This document shows, piece after piece, positions 1-13,642 of a stretch of 64,000 nucleotides of DNA. The DNA is taken from contig NOWV01000200.1 in assembly GCA_003344405.1 (NCBI GenBank), positions 1 to 64,000 on the forward strand, read 5' to 3'. This DNA is from Trichoplax sp. H2. Lineage: Eukaryota. Made by a program: the position numbers and the translations under genes. The notes beneath the pieces were generated by a model. It worked only from the letters and a program-made list of their open reading frames with translations, did no database searches and had not been told where the DNA came from. Each line of letters starts with the position of its first letter. The first letter of the stretch is position 1.

Positions 1-173
1 TATATTCAAGTACAAGTTACTAATTTATAATTAATTTAAATAAGGAGTCTTATCAAAATCTTGATAATTAAGACCAACGTTAATTACTGCATTTACAATA
101 CACATCATAATATGAATCTTACACTATACAAGTAATTAAATAATTTACAAAGGTATATAATATGCAATGTTTG

Positions 174-465
174 TTAAGGGAGCAGTAGCTAAAATTAATA
201 TCTAATTCAGTAAATGATTCTAATGTTAATTGTATGACTCATGAACTATTGAGGAATAGTATATAAATGCAGTATATCGTGAAATAAAGTGAATTGTCAA
301 ACTTAGTGTTTAACATAAAATACGAGGCGTTTAAGTCTTTGTGTAGTCTGCTAGTAGAGCAAAAGTGTTCGTGATAGTGCAGATATCGTTCCTTGATACG
401 TGGTTCAAGGAATTGACTTATTGATCGTACATTACGTTATCTTTTTGTAAAGCTGTTTTGTGACA
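174..465 (+). mobile_element. 5'-truncated copy of solo-LTR family 1 (3' half)
   Basis: Near-identical to 22400..22696 (TAAGGGAGCAGTAGCTAAAATTAATATC ... AAGCTGTTTTGTGACA). Ends in TGTGACA at 465. The 5' half and left TSD are absent. Confidence 0.8.
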
Positions 466-484
466 GTTATAAATTCTTTTTTAA

Positions 485-1020
485 AAATAGTATAAAACAT
501 AGCTTTATATTCAGTTAAAAGTTACGCCTTGTGAGAAAAACTATAACTAGTCGCCCAATCAAACCGTGGCACCTCATGTAAAATGTAGCAAACAAAATTT
601 CGTTAAACTGTAGTTTATTTCTCTAAAACACTTATTACTCATCAAGATTTCTAAGTAATTTAACGTCAATAATTTATTATGAACTTATAAATCAAAGACA
701 GAAAAATCAGCTTTTCTATCTAGACCAGTAATGGTTATCAATATACATTTAGTTATTGACAAGCTGCTTTAAATACTTTCATAATTACAATATCCATAAC
801 GGTAACGGCGTAACCAAAACACATACCAAACTGCTACTATTATTTTTCAAATTCTATTAAGAAGTACTATCAGCTAATAATAATTCATTATGAAAGCACG
901 CAGAATACCATACAACTTGTAGTATTGTAGAGTTGTAACAGTCATTTTTATATCAATGAATGAATTCATAAGTTTTGAAGTATATCACGAATTTATTATT
1001 AGTTTTGGTTTGACGATTTT
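485..1020. repeat. GPCR downstream flank, duplicated at about 3797..4310
   Basis: AGTATAAAACATAGCTTTATATTCA..ACTAGTCG(C/T)CCAATCAAA..CAAGATTTC..TATAAATCAA.GACAG..ACGGTAA.GGC occurs colinearly at both sites with moderate divergence. Confidence 0.8.
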
Positions 1021-1637
1021 TTATTTTGAAGTCGAGAATAGCGACCGAGACTCAATAAGATGTAACAATATTGGGAGTATCAAAGAATTTAAATCATATC
1101 ATTTTAGAGCTTAAAGGTAAGTATAGTAGATATAATAAACCTTATAGTGTAGGAAATTGATGCGCTCAGAAAGTCTCCATGCAAATAATAAATTTTTATT
1201 ACTAAACTTAGTAGAAAATATTATTAATACGTTTTAGTAATGTGAATAATGTGAATAACAACAATATATTTTCTGCTATGATCTCGAACATTGTTTTAGA
1301 CTAATGACTTAGGAAAAATGAAACTAAGTGTAAGATACTTGCTTGTATGCTTACTAGTATTATGAAATTTAAAACTTGAAATAGAGTCCATTGAAGAAAC
1401 TCATTTACGAGCAGATGATTTCCTAAATAACCGGGATCTTCTCTTAAATAAAGTGTACTTATTGTTAATGACAATTATTCCTTACTTTGGCTTTTGACAT
1501 TGTGTTTAACTTAATACTAAAGTTTGTTGCTGTTTATAAATAAGAGTTGCGTAGAAATTTTAGATTATACTGTAGTAATAAAAATGACGGCTCTGATTAA
1601 TAATTTTAATCAGTTTATCCTAAAATCGAAACTAGAT

Positions 1638-2744
1638 TTAAGTAACGGTAACTACAGTTAAGCTTGATATGCCTTCCCTGAAATTATTTTGTAGAGATAA
1701 TCTTACCATCTTATTATCATAGTTGCTTTTCTTTTCTTGAGATAGAAACCCACTAGCCGCAGCAATTGAGTTATTTTTGCTTCGATAGTAATAGTAGCAT
1801 GGAAACAGTAATTGTCGAATTTTTCTATTGTAAATACAGTAAATGACTGGATTGTAAATCGTCGATATAGGCATTGATATTCTACCTAGTATTGCAATCG
1901 CTCTCTGTCCTAAATTACTATGATCATTAAAAAACTGAGATGCAAATTTACCAGTGACAGCCTCCAAAAGCAACATTAAGGTCCAAGGTAAAGCACATAA
2001 CAAAAATGTTACTGTCGTAGCAAGTAACATAGAAGTAGTCTTACGCTTTAGATTTCTACTATTAGCAGATTCGCGTGTAATCGAAGTCGCCGTTATCCGA
2101 AGTTTACGAAATATTAGAATATAAGCAGTAATCATAACGATCATCGGAATTACAAACTGAAATATAATTAAGATCACATTGACAATAATAGCCCAACGCG
2201 ATTGAGATGGAAATTGAGCACATTGATTTTGGACTGATGTAGCTGAGAAGAGGAATGGTAGTGAAATTAAGAACGAGACAAGCCATGCTAAGGCGCAAAG
2301 TAATTTAGCCTTTTTAGGCGTTACTTTTTTTGTGGGTCGATAAATAGCGCGATAACGCTCGATACTGATAATAACCAGTGTTTGTACAGAAGCTGTATAG
2401 GACCAATAAGTTGGGAAAACGATCAAGAATTTACAAATCATATTGAAAGTGTGATATGGAATCGGACTTCTACTTGCCGTAAACGTAGTACTTAGTGTAG
2501 TTATTACTGATAGAGAAAGTAGTAAATCACAGCATGCTAGATTACGTATAAAATAATACGTTTTTCCACGTAACGATTTTTTCAATTGAGTACCTACCAC
2601 AATAACAGTGTTGGGGATGATACTAAATCCAACTAATATCAAGATCGCCGGTCCAGCTCTTAAAACCATAGCCGTATCTAGAGTAGGATTTGCAGAGTTG
2701 GTAATATTACTACCATCTTCTTTAGAAACATTTAAGCTCTCCAT
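1638..2744 (-). CDS. Intronless rhodopsin-like (class A) GPCR, 368 aa, orphan
   Basis: Seven hydrophobic segments. Motifs: TM2 NLACCDLL, TM3 Cys plus SIERY (D/ERY), TM4 W..P (AWLVSFLISLP), TM5 FVIP, TM6 FLLCALP, TM7 YNPVIY (NPxxY). N-terminal N-glycosylation sequons NVS and NIT. Confidence 0.93.
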   Translation of the reverse strand: MESLNVSKEDGSNITNSANPTLDTAMVLRAGPAILILVGFSIIPNTVIVVGTQLKKSLRGKTYYFIRNLACCDLLLSLSVITTLSTTFTASRSPIPYHTFNMICKFLIVFPTYWSYTASVQTLVIISIERYRAIYRPTKKVTPKKAKLLCALAWLVSFLISLPFLFSATSVQNQCAQFPSQSRWAIIVNVILIIFQFVIPMIVMITAYILIFRKLRITATSITRESANSRNLKRKTTSMLLATTVTFLLCALPWTLMLLLEAVTGKFASQFFNDHSNLGQRAIAILGRISMPISTIYNPVIYCIYNRKIRQLLFPCYYYYRSKNNSIAAASGFLSQEKKSNYDNKMVRLSLQNNFREGISSLTVVTVT

Positions 2745-3796
2745 CTTTGCTTACCAAATTAGATAGAAGATGGAATTATAGAAGCAACATCAAGTAAAAA
2801 GCTAGCTATTTATTTACGTCATAAGATTAAATATAAACGTTATGACCAATTACGTACTTGTGACGACCAGGGCCTTTCATGTTATCGGAATAATGATTTC
2901 ATTTAGATTGAAGAAAGTTAATAATTATTTCTCTTTTCACAATCCGGTGATGAATTATTGTAATCTATTGTGATCAAAGTATGATTGATCACAAGTTAAT
3001 AATTTTTTGATAATAGCTGAAAACAATAATTGACCTTATGAAACCAGGTTATCATCTTAAAGTCGACATTAACTGCGGGTTATGACTGTCAGAAGATTCG
3101 CTTGACAAGATTCAATAAAATAAGTATGGCGCCGAAGGCTCCTATTTATTAACACCGTATTGAACATAAATTTGACCTAGCTTACCGGTTAAGACTAACT
3201 CAAAAGAAATCGTTAGTCATCTTATCGGCTCAAGAATAGTAAGAATACTGATTTTAAAATTGTCAATAGCTGATATTATAAGCAATACGGTAATCATTGA
3301 ATGGAGTTACCATAGTGCCAGTAACCCTAATGGTTGCTTGACTAGAGTTACATTAGCTGAAAGTATTCTCATTAATTTATCATCCAGAAATAGAATCTAC
3401 TGTTATTTTCTTCCCTTTCGAAATAATTTTTAAATATAATATATGGTTTGCTCTATGGAGCTACTAGTGTAGACCTTGTTCATTTGTATAATGCAGTAAT
3501 TTACTAGGGTGTCTGATAAGCAATTCTTATTACTAATATAAGAAAAAAATTATCTTAAGATATTCGTTTATTAATATATGAAATAAACAGAATCTATGCA
3601 CAGATTATTGTAGCGGCCTCGCTCAAGTAACAAATTCTCAATTCCACAGAAGATTCCTAGCTCCAACTAGGTTGCAGTATCTATCAGAAACTGTTTTACC
3701 CTTTAGTGATATCACACAAAATGTATTAGCAAGCTTTATACTTTACTAAGTAGAAGTTTATTACAGAAATAATTTAGTGACTTTTCTTCTTTATAA

Positions 3797-4830
3797 ATAA
3801 GTATAAAACATAGCTTTATATTCATTTAAAATTATGCCTAGTGAAGTGAGCTACAACTAGTCGTCCAATCAAAACATGAGAATTCATATAAAATTTCGCT
3901 AAGAAGAATTCTCTAAATTACTTATTATTCAACAAGATTTCCAAGTAATTTAAGACCGATAATTTATTATAATATATTTATAAATCAAGGACAGTTAAAC
4001 ATGTTATTTACCTTGACCAGTACTGGCTATCACTATGCATTTACTTAGCTGGTAATTTTAAATACTTTCATAGTCTTATTAGCTATAACGGTAATGGCTT
4101 AACCAATACAATTACCAAAACTGTTACTGATATTTTTCTAATTTTAGTAAGAATTATTATCAACTAGTAATGATTTATTATGAGAGCATGCAAAATACCA
4201 AGTAACTTGCAGTATAAAATAGTAGTAAGAATCGAGCTGATATCAATGCATGTATTCATAAGCTTTACAGTATACTACAAATTTATTATCAATTTTGAGT
4301 TACCGATGTTCCTCTTTCAACTAGTAAGGGTAAAATACTTTTTAATGTAGGAAATTGATATACTATATACTATACTGCACTATATAAAACTGTTTTATAG
4401 ATTATGCTGTATTTCAATGTCTACTGATTGTGAGCCTATTAGAAGGGTAGTTTTTAGACGTTAGAATAACCGTACTACATTCTTTTTTGATCTTACAACG
4501 GATTTAGATAGTAATCTGCAGAACTAACTCAAAGTAAGTCGCTTACGTGAGACTAGTAAACTTATCTGGAAGAGTCCGTGACAGATAGCTATGTATACCA
4601 TTTACAACTAACCCAGAAGAAAATCATTAATCATCTTGGTGGTTCAAAATTAAGAATACTAATTTTAAATTATTAGAGGATGATATTTGAGCATTTGAGC
4701 AAAGTAGTAATTATTGAATAGCGCTAGGATCACGCCAGTAGCTGTAATAGTTGCTTACATAAGTTGCATTAAAAAGAAATTTTCTCCTTTAATTTATCGT
4801 TTAGAAATTAAAAGTATTGTTATTTTCCTC
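3797..4830. repeat. Duplicated GPCR flanks lacking the GPCR coding region (collapsed tandem unit)
   Basis: 3797..4310 matches 485..1020. GTAGGAAATTGAT at about 4347 matches about 1149. About 4590..4830 matches about 3180..3415 (AATC.TTA.TCATCTT..TAAGAATACT.ATTTTAAA..TGTTATTTTC.TCC). Confidence 0.7.
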
Positions 4831-7800
4831 CGTTCATCCATGATTGCATGCGGCACGTATGCAGTAAATTTAATATTTTCTTGGTACTAAAGTATGCTTA
4901 AAGTCGATAAGCAAGCTACGGCATGCCGTTAATTTTCATATAACTATGGCTAATTAAGATACTATCTGAATTACGATTACGTTTAACGATTTTAAATTGA
5001 AGCTATCAATGTCTCCCCTACCTAAGCGAAATGAATATACTTAACCTTTATTGGTGTATGATTTCTATTCAATAACTACGTCTACTCTCGTTCAAGAAAT
5101 TATTACGTGAAATCTATGTCATCCTGAAGAGTAATATGCGAGACATAAATGTAATTTATGGCTACTTGCTCAAATTATTTTAACTAGCGATCAATTAATA
5201 ATTGTCAAGCAACGCTTGCTTGACATGTATTTGAAGATGAAGATTAAAATTAGCTGAAGTAGTAGAACTATAGCAAGTCTAGTAAAGCTTATGCTTTTAT
5301 CAAGCTTTTAAAAATAAGCCGTCTTTATAGCTTCATATTGTCAAATATTGTGTATAAATTTAGTACACTTAGGGAATTATTCGAAGATTCTAAAGACCTA
5401 ATGCTAATCTAAGTTATCTCTTCTAATTTAATTCAGAGTCTATACTAATCTAAATTTTTAATGTTCATGCCTGTCTTAAACCAGCTTCATGACAAAGAAA
5501 ACGTTAAACAAATCTATAAATTACTATAGTTTCCGAAATTTAGTATCCCTTAACTAACTCACAAGAATTTAGATGCCTTTGTTTCTACGTTAAAACAACT
5601 ATATAACTCTTCTTTTATTCAACAATCTGCCGAGCTTAAATACCTTTCGGCAGCAGCTATCATATATGAGTTATAACAGTTCATGAAATTTAGCTCATAT
5701 CTGATAGCTAAATTAATACGGACATTATTCATAATTTTGGACATATACTGAACGATTCTAGATAATTAGACTTCAGTATGTTCACACACAGAATCATTTA
5801 TAGTATCATTTATAATTGAATATCTTCAGGATATTCATCACTAGCTATACAAGACTTATATAACACTAACATCAATTAATATTAATTACCTTATAAGAAC
5901 TCTTACTACAATAAAGCATAATTTACTGAAACAAAATAATAACTATCGTAGTTCTTACTGTAAGTCATTATTACTTATCTTGATGATAGTTGGCGATCTA
6001 TATCTCAAACTATGTTACGTTAAATTCCTTGAGTAACAACTTATTGCAATTTTGTGTCGATTTTGTTTGGTATACGTTACACCAATTAATTACTGCGATA
6101 TTCTATAATGAGTAGTGCGTCGTATATGCCATATACATCATATTCGTAATTCACTCTCATCAGTTAAATAATCTTATCTGCCTTTTATATCATCTTAAAC
6201 AAGGTTTCCATTAAATTGCCTAATATGTTCGTATACGTATTTATATGTCTTTCAACTAAGATAAATTCAGAAATACCAAAAAGTAGCTATACAATAGCTA
6301 ATTAATCTAATTTGTTCACAATACAATTAAAGGCAAAATTTGTAATCCTTGAGGTTGCTCACGTTATTTTATAACCAAATGCACTTCTCATTAGTTGTCT
6401 TATCAGATTTGTACAGCAAGATTATGCTACTGCTAAATCTTAGCAGAAATCTAAGGAATATAACGGCTAGAAATAAAGATGAAAATAATAAAATGGAGAT
6501 GCAATCAAACGAACACTAGACTTCATTTAAACTATTGTAAGCAGCTATAAGGCCATCTTCGTGTCAATTTGTATTTTAGTATATGCGTAGTATGGAGTCT
6601 GTGCAATATAGTATTGTCTTAAATAACCATCTTGAATGAATGTATGTCAATATTATCGCACTTAGTACTAGTCGATATGGCGTATAATTAACATAAATGA
6701 TTGCAAAAAGTAACATCATGAAAGTCAATCTAGCTGCATTGGTTGGAAAAGAGTATAACTTACGATTAATGCCATTCTTACTTGATAAGCTCTGATATAA
6801 CGAGTTATATAGATAGTAAACAAGTTCCACTTATTAGGCTGTACGAAATTACATTAATTGCGCGAAATCATATAAGTTGTCATTATAGCGTTTCCTATGC
6901 CAGCATTTAAAATTTCTGTACTGATACAAGTAAAGGTAAAATGTGCCAGCTTAGCAACAGTTATTGGTCTTTAAGTCACAATTAGTATCGTAATACGAAA
7001 AATCAGTATTATGATACCTAAAAGCAACTCCGTGCTTTGCGAATATTTTCTTGAAGAAATGCAATTTCTTCTTGCCTCTGCAATATCAATAAAGTTACTA
7101 AACTGGCTTATCTTACTTTAACGCAAAATCAAATTTATAATTAATCGTTTTTATGATGCTGTATTATTTCGTTATATTGATTTCAGAACTTTATATTCAC
7201 TTCTTGACAATCGCTAAATATTGTATTGGTAGAATATTTAAATATTTAACATAGATAAGTTGCTTCCTGATCAATTAAAATTTAAGGCGGAAACTACTAA
7301 AAAGTATAAGTATCTATTTCGCGTACGTATTGTTTAAATTAATTACCGAAAATATTTTGATATGGCATTAAAATGAACGAGTACGTTGACGTATTAACAA
7401 TGAAAAACCATTGAATAGCGTACTTTTCTTTTAATTTCGGTAACGCGTGATTTTATTTTTTTGCGAGTCAAGCGAATAGATCCAAAGTCTTTTATCAGTG
7501 CAAGCTATAACTTAGATTCTATAAGAAATTTAAATTAATAATAATTATAATATACTGTAATTTTCTACGTACCATTTAGTACAATAGTCTAATTGCACAT
7601 CCTTTTATGCAATGCATTTATCGTCATTGCACCGGATTTTAGATTAATTACTTTAATTATATTAAAAATGGGTTGGACTTTCATAATATATGAGCAATTA
7701 TATATGTAGCGTCGTTCATATTATGATAAAGGTTGGCTATTTTGAATAAAGTACCTGATATCAATATATCTGCTGTACGTTACCGATGGATAATTTTATT

Positions 7801-8161
7801 GGCATAAAGTTGATACGAATTAACAAAATTTAATTTCGTAAGGTATTAATGTAAATTATTGTAACAAGTTAATATCTTAGGATATCGGTGTAATTACTTT
7901 TTTAAAAACGGTTAAATTTTTTCTATATCTAATTAATAAAAATCTATTGGGGTTTTATATACTAGAAAAATGCTAATAAAACTTAGAATTTAGATCAATA
8001 AACTTATTTTAATGCTGTTACATTGAATGAGTAATATTCCTATAAAAAGTTATAATTATCGTAATTTAATTATTAACATTTTTTCATTTTGACAGTAAAC
8101 ATTCTTAGGTTTTAATTCCAATTTGATCATTTTAAATAGTTAAAATTAAAGTTATACTAGA

Positions 8162-9226
8162 TCAGGCTTTCATTGGGTTTATCACCGGTTTTACTGAGAT
8201 TGTCTGGTAAGAGTTGCTTTTTTCTGGAGCGAAAGAAACTTTAGTTGTAGTTACTGCGTTATTTTTGCGTCGATAATAGCATGGAAAAAATAGTGATCGG
8301 ATTTCACGATTGAATATACAATAAATTATTGGATTGTAGACGGTTGATATCGATAAAGTTATCCTACTAAATGTAACGATCATTTTCATTGCTGGATTGG
8401 TTTTATTATCATGTAGCAGTAACTCAGGTGCAAACTTGCCTGTAGTAGCTTCGAAAAGTAATGTTAAGGTCCAAGGCAGAGCGCATAATAAAAATGTAAT
8501 AGTTGTTACTAGCAACATATAAACGGTTTTACGCTTAAGATTTCTACTATTAGTGGATTCCTGTCCAATCGCAGTCGTTTTCGTGGTAAGCTGATGCAAT
8601 ATCAAAGTATAAGCAGTAATCATTACTATGGTTGGAATAACAAATTGAAATATAATCAAGATGAAGTTGACAATAATGACCCAGTGAGAATAAATTGGAA
8701 AAGGAAGGCATTGGTTTTCAATAGACCTAGCAGTGAATAGGAATGGAAGTGAAATAAATAATGAAATAATCCAGGCTAAAGCGCATAACATTTTACATTT
8801 TTTAGGGGTTATTTTTTTAGTAGGCCGAAAGATAGCTCTATAGCGCTCGAGACTAATTATAACTAACGTTTGTACAGAGGCTGTATAAGACCAATAGGCA
8901 GGGAAGACGATACAGACTTTACATAGGATTGTGTGAATATGCGATGGTATTGGAGCTCTGCTTGTATTAATTGCAGTAATTACGGTAGATATAATTGACA
9001 GAGAAAAAAGTAGATCACAGCCAGCAAGATTAGCCATAAAATAATATGTTTTTTTACGTAATGATTTCTTAAAATGGGTGCCAATAATTAAAATAATGTT
9101 CAGGATGATACCAGCGCCAATTATTACCAAAGTTATCGCTCCTAATCTAGCAAGTAATTCTGCTGATGTACTTAGACGGTTAATAGTGTTATTGGTGGAT
9201 GTATTAGTAACATTTAGACTATTCAT
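8162..9226 (-). CDS. Intronless rhodopsin-like (class A) GPCR, 354 aa, tandem paralog of 1638..2744
   Basis: Same 7TM motifs (NLAGCDLL, SLERY, FLLCALPW, YNPIIY). Long stretches identical to the first GPCR (YWSYTASVQTLVIIS, SRNLKRKT). Confidence 0.93.
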   Translation of the reverse strand: MNSLNVTNTSTNNTINRLSTSAELLARLGAITLVIIGAGIILNIILIIGTHFKKSLRKKTYYFMANLAGCDLLFSLSIISTVITAINTSRAPIPSHIHTILCKVCIVFPAYWSYTASVQTLVIISLERYRAIFRPTKKITPKKCKMLCALAWIISLFISLPFLFTARSIENQCLPFPIYSHWVIIVNFILIIFQFVIPTIVMITAYTLILHQLTTKTTAIGQESTNSRNLKRKTVYMLLVTTITFLLCALPWTLTLLFEATTGKFAPELLLHDNKTNPAMKMIVTFSRITLSISTVYNPIIYCIFNREIRSLFFPCYYRRKNNAVTTTKVSFAPEKSNSYQTISVKPVINPMKA

Positions 9227-12200
9227 CCTCCTAAATAAAAATCAGGGAAATGATGGTACGAAGGTGAAGTTGCCGAAAGCTTTATTCGAGTAATGAACAT
9301 AAAATCAGAGAAAAGAGTCTTTATAAGGTATTAAGGCCTATGTTGTTTTCAATACTTTTATTGATTTTCATTTTGCACTGTAGCTGTCAATGTCGATGAT
9401 AATAATTGTTAAGAAGCACTTTCTCTGACAATGACGTATAATTATTGTTACTGTCATTTAAAAATTTGATTAATTTCAAGTTAATTTTCCATTTGATAAT
9501 ATATGCGCGTATATATAATTAAATGGATAGAGGTAATATTTAACTTGCAAAGAATGCAATGTCTTACAACTTTACAATAAATGTAGGGCTAAGATTTGTG
9601 AAGGGCACGTTTAAGTTAGTGTATCGAGTTTACGATGATATTAAATTATTCTTCGTTGGATTCCATGGCACATAACACGTAAATGCATGCTTAAAATAGG
9701 TCAGAATTGATTATATTTGATAAGGTAATTGCTGTGAATACAGATGAAGTTGCTGTCTAAGAATGATATGGAAGGTAGCTTAGTTACTGTTAATTATTGC
9801 GTGCAAGAGTTGTTCCTAATAAGGCCTTTCATTCAAATCCATCAATCTTCATTACCCTGATCCAAGCATAAATTTAATTCTTATTTAAATTGGCTATAAA
9901 AGTTCCGTCCTCATTTAATACATTAATGTAGTAGTAATTAATTAACGTGCTTTAATTGTAAATCACGAATAGTATTTAAAAGCAAGTTATGCAGTATATT
10001 GAAAAGTCTTGTTTTTGAATTATTAGATACTATCATTATTTGATATGCATAGGTTTAAGATTTTGTTGTTTATCAATTAATAGTTTATGATTTATGATGC
10101 AATTCTCTTGTTAATAATAGCTAGGCTGTAGCGAACAAGTGCCAACTCTACAAAACTGATACTTAAGGTTGATCAAAAACTATATTCTACAAATCAACTT
10201 TATGACATAATGGTCCAAATTTGGCTCTCATTATGTTTTCTACTGCTTTTTATTAAGGCTATCGTATATTTCTAGTTTGTTTTATACAACTGCAAATTTT
10301 CGGATAGTGTAATTGTTAAATCCTTGTATAACAATCTGCTTGCAATCAAAGTAGAAAATAGAATATACCTAATTTAGACAAGAATCAGCCAAGGAACTCA
10401 ATGCAAAATTCATCTGATAATTACAAATAAGAAAAGCCTAGTTGATTCATTTTATAAAGAGTAATCCTAATTTTTTAGTGGTAGGAAGAATTATATATAT
10501 AAAATAATCGATATACATTTGCAATTGTCATAGTGAATTGAATACAGAATTACAGTCTCAATTAGGTCCACTAGCTGACCCTTGTCCTTACGTAGATGAA
10601 TCAATAAATAAAAGAAATATTATAAGTTAAACTATAGGTTAAATGATATGAAGACCGATTAGAATAATGTAGATGGTAATAAAGTGTATATGCAGTAGCA
10701 TCGATAACTTTAAAGAATTTTAAACCGCTTGATTTCTCTGTCATATTTATCAATATTATTCAATTGTCATAGTAATTTTATGATACAGCAACCGATATTT
10801 TGATAATCTTGGCATTACCGCCCAATTGAGATGGAAAAAATATCCACAGCAATAACGATAATGCTAATGAGGATCACTCAAATTGATTCATGATATTTAT
10901 ACTACAGATAGACAATGTCAACAAATTAAATAATAGTAGGTTTTTGTTTACAAGTTATCTCTATCTATAAAAGCTGCACGGTTATAAATTATTTTATCGG
11001 CTCTCGAGATAGGTTTAAAGTAAATGTGGTATTTAATTAAGGCATGGCTGAATGATTGAGTTCAAGAAGTGAAGACTTGTAAAACTAAAGAAAGGAATAA
11101 TGATACATTCTAAATGTTGTATATTAAGTAAATCATCAGTGGGTGATTAAATGCAAGACATGAATATTTAAAAAATTAAAGTGTGGCATCATGTTAACTT
11201 AATACAGTACATGTAAACTTATTACTTGTCTTAAACCATTTTAGTTCCCTCATACCATTAAAATTAGCGCTAATCTGTGTATAAGCATACCATTCATTTT
11301 ATTAGAACGCGACTTAGACATTCAGCGCGATGCTGTAGTGCTACTAGTAGAACGTCTATTATTCTGCCTTATAAGTAGACTTTCAATCTTGAGAAGATAT
11401 TTCTATATCAGTACATTTATATCGTAGATTGTACAATTTTACAATGAAATAAAAAAACGCTACGGCTCATTGGCTATTCTACTTTTATGATGATACCGTA
11501 AATTGATTGACGAAATAAAATAGCTTATTTACTTTAAAGAGAATGAGAGCTAGATATGGCCTATCAAATCACCTTAACTTTAAGTGTCGTCGATCAATGA
11601 TTTGTTATGGTATCGTAGAAGATGTTTCTCCAAATGTAAAAAAACAATATGATTGAATAAATTCAACAAGAATTGTGAATCGGAGTTATTTACAATAAAA
11701 CAACGGTAACTGTTCGTAAATCAGTGCAATAAGCATGGATACAGATTGCAATATTGATTTTTATTGATTTCCATATGAAAGAAGCACTCGTCTGCTCGAT
11801 GATAGCAGGAGAATCAAGTTTTGCATACGCGTACGCTATTCTATAAGAATAGAAGTAGGAATAAGCACTGTAAGCGCTTACCGTTTACTGTTTTTGTCCA
11901 GTTAGAGTAACACAGAACATTAGTGCAGACCGGAGCTATATACTGTATAGTGAGTGATGAGTTCATTGCCTAATAATACATAATCGCAGATTTTAATGCC
12001 TTTTCTCTAAAAATCAATGCAAAAAAACAATTTTAGCGATATCAATCTATTTATACTACGCTGAATAAGCTTTGCCTTCTATAACAGCAGTAAACAAAAT
12101 ACCGTATATAAGTGCAGTAATGTGAAATTATGCAATATATCAATGATATGAAATATTTATTGACACAATTTTGGAAGTATAATAGCTTGCTATCAACAGT

Positions 12201-13251
12201 ATCAATAATCAGTTCAATTTCATTGTTCTGAAGTTACTATGAGTTCATTTACTGTCCATATTTGTCAGTTAAATGTTATTTTAATTATTTTTTATTATAA
12301 TTATTATTAAATATTATTTTATTTTTTAGTCGCTCAGGAACTATTCATTGAAATACTATGGCGGAGACTTGTTATTCTAGCCTGAGTGTGTCATTGCATG
12401 CGTACTCTTGCGCTGTAAATTACGGACAACCACTGGGCCAAATATTGTAGATGCTTTTTCTTCTGTAGTTATTTTTCTGCTTTTCGGTCTACATAATTGC
12501 TTTATATGCGGTTCGTAATACTGCTTGAGTCAAGTAATCAATCTTGTATGATGTGTAGAACAATGTAAAGCTAATTAGGAAATTGTAATATAACGAACTA
12601 AAGCAGATTTAGTTGTTACTTAGAATAAACCTGTCAGTTCGATTCGTTTATGTCATCGTAAGGTTAGTCACGTATTAGTATATAGTACAGGTAGAATATA
12701 GGAGATTATTGTATCTAGTAGTCTACTGAAGACATTGAGCCGGCTTCATGAGCTACTGGTTTCTCTCTCTTTCTTCAGTAGTCCCTTATTGAAGTCGTAG
12801 CTGAAGAGTAGGCCATCATCCCAACCAATCAGTTTGATATGAAGGCATATTTCAATCGAATTATCATGTTTGTTATACGGGTCTTGAATATTGCTTGGCC
12901 AGATGGGCCATCAATCCCTAGCAGAACTGATATCAGGTCCTATCGAGAATCTAAAGTGCAGTCTATTACAGGCAATTGTGAATCATCGTTTGCATATTTA
13001 AGCCATTGATCATTGGATAGTCTATCGTAAAGACCCCTATAAAATGGAAGAAAGAGTCAAGATGGACGACTGTAGACTTGATCAGTCTACTGCAATTTTG
13101 GTCTGATAACATGTATCCATTCTGCATCAATTTAAAACTATGCGTAAGTAGAATCAGTCCACCCTGAAAGCACTTGGATAGAATTCATTCATTGCTCGTG
13201 GACAGCATGGAAGGTCAATTCCTAGCAGAACCAAATACGCAGGTGCAGTGG

Positions 13252-13642
13252 TACAGTACATACTACTGTACTTAGTACAGTAGTGTGCTGTACTGTACTG
13301 TACTGTATGTACTGTACAGTACTGTACACTCGTGATAAAGTACTGTACTGTACTGAGTGAGTACTGTACTCTCAGTCAGTGCTCCATACAATCCTACTGT
13401 ACTGTACAGTACTGGACAGTACTATAGTACTGCATACCGCATACTGTATTACTGACTGTACAGTGTACAGTGTACAGTACTTTGCCATCAAATATCTGAA
13501 ATACTGTGTACTGGTCTGTACTGTACTATACTGTACTGTACTGGACGGACAAAATGTGAACCGCATTCGGTCTGTCGGCGACTACCGTACAGTGTACAGT
13601 GTACAGTACCATACTGTCCAGTACTGTGTACAATGTACTGTA
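13252..13642. mobile_element. TACAG/CTGTA-rich palindromic element, possible Tc1/mariner-type MITE or simple-sequence expansion
   Basis: Sharp boundaries. Begins TACAGTACAT (13252..13261) and ends ATGTACTGTA (13633..13642), a perfect 10-bp inverted repeat of TA-CAGT...ACTG-TA form. The interior is built from GTACTG/CAGTAC units in both orientations. Confidence 0.5.

Noticed and set aside
4830..8100. Short ORF 6576..6830 and its surroundings as a GPCR pseudogene
   Set aside because: I could not recognise class A motifs by eye. A tBLASTn search would be needed to exclude a very decayed copy.
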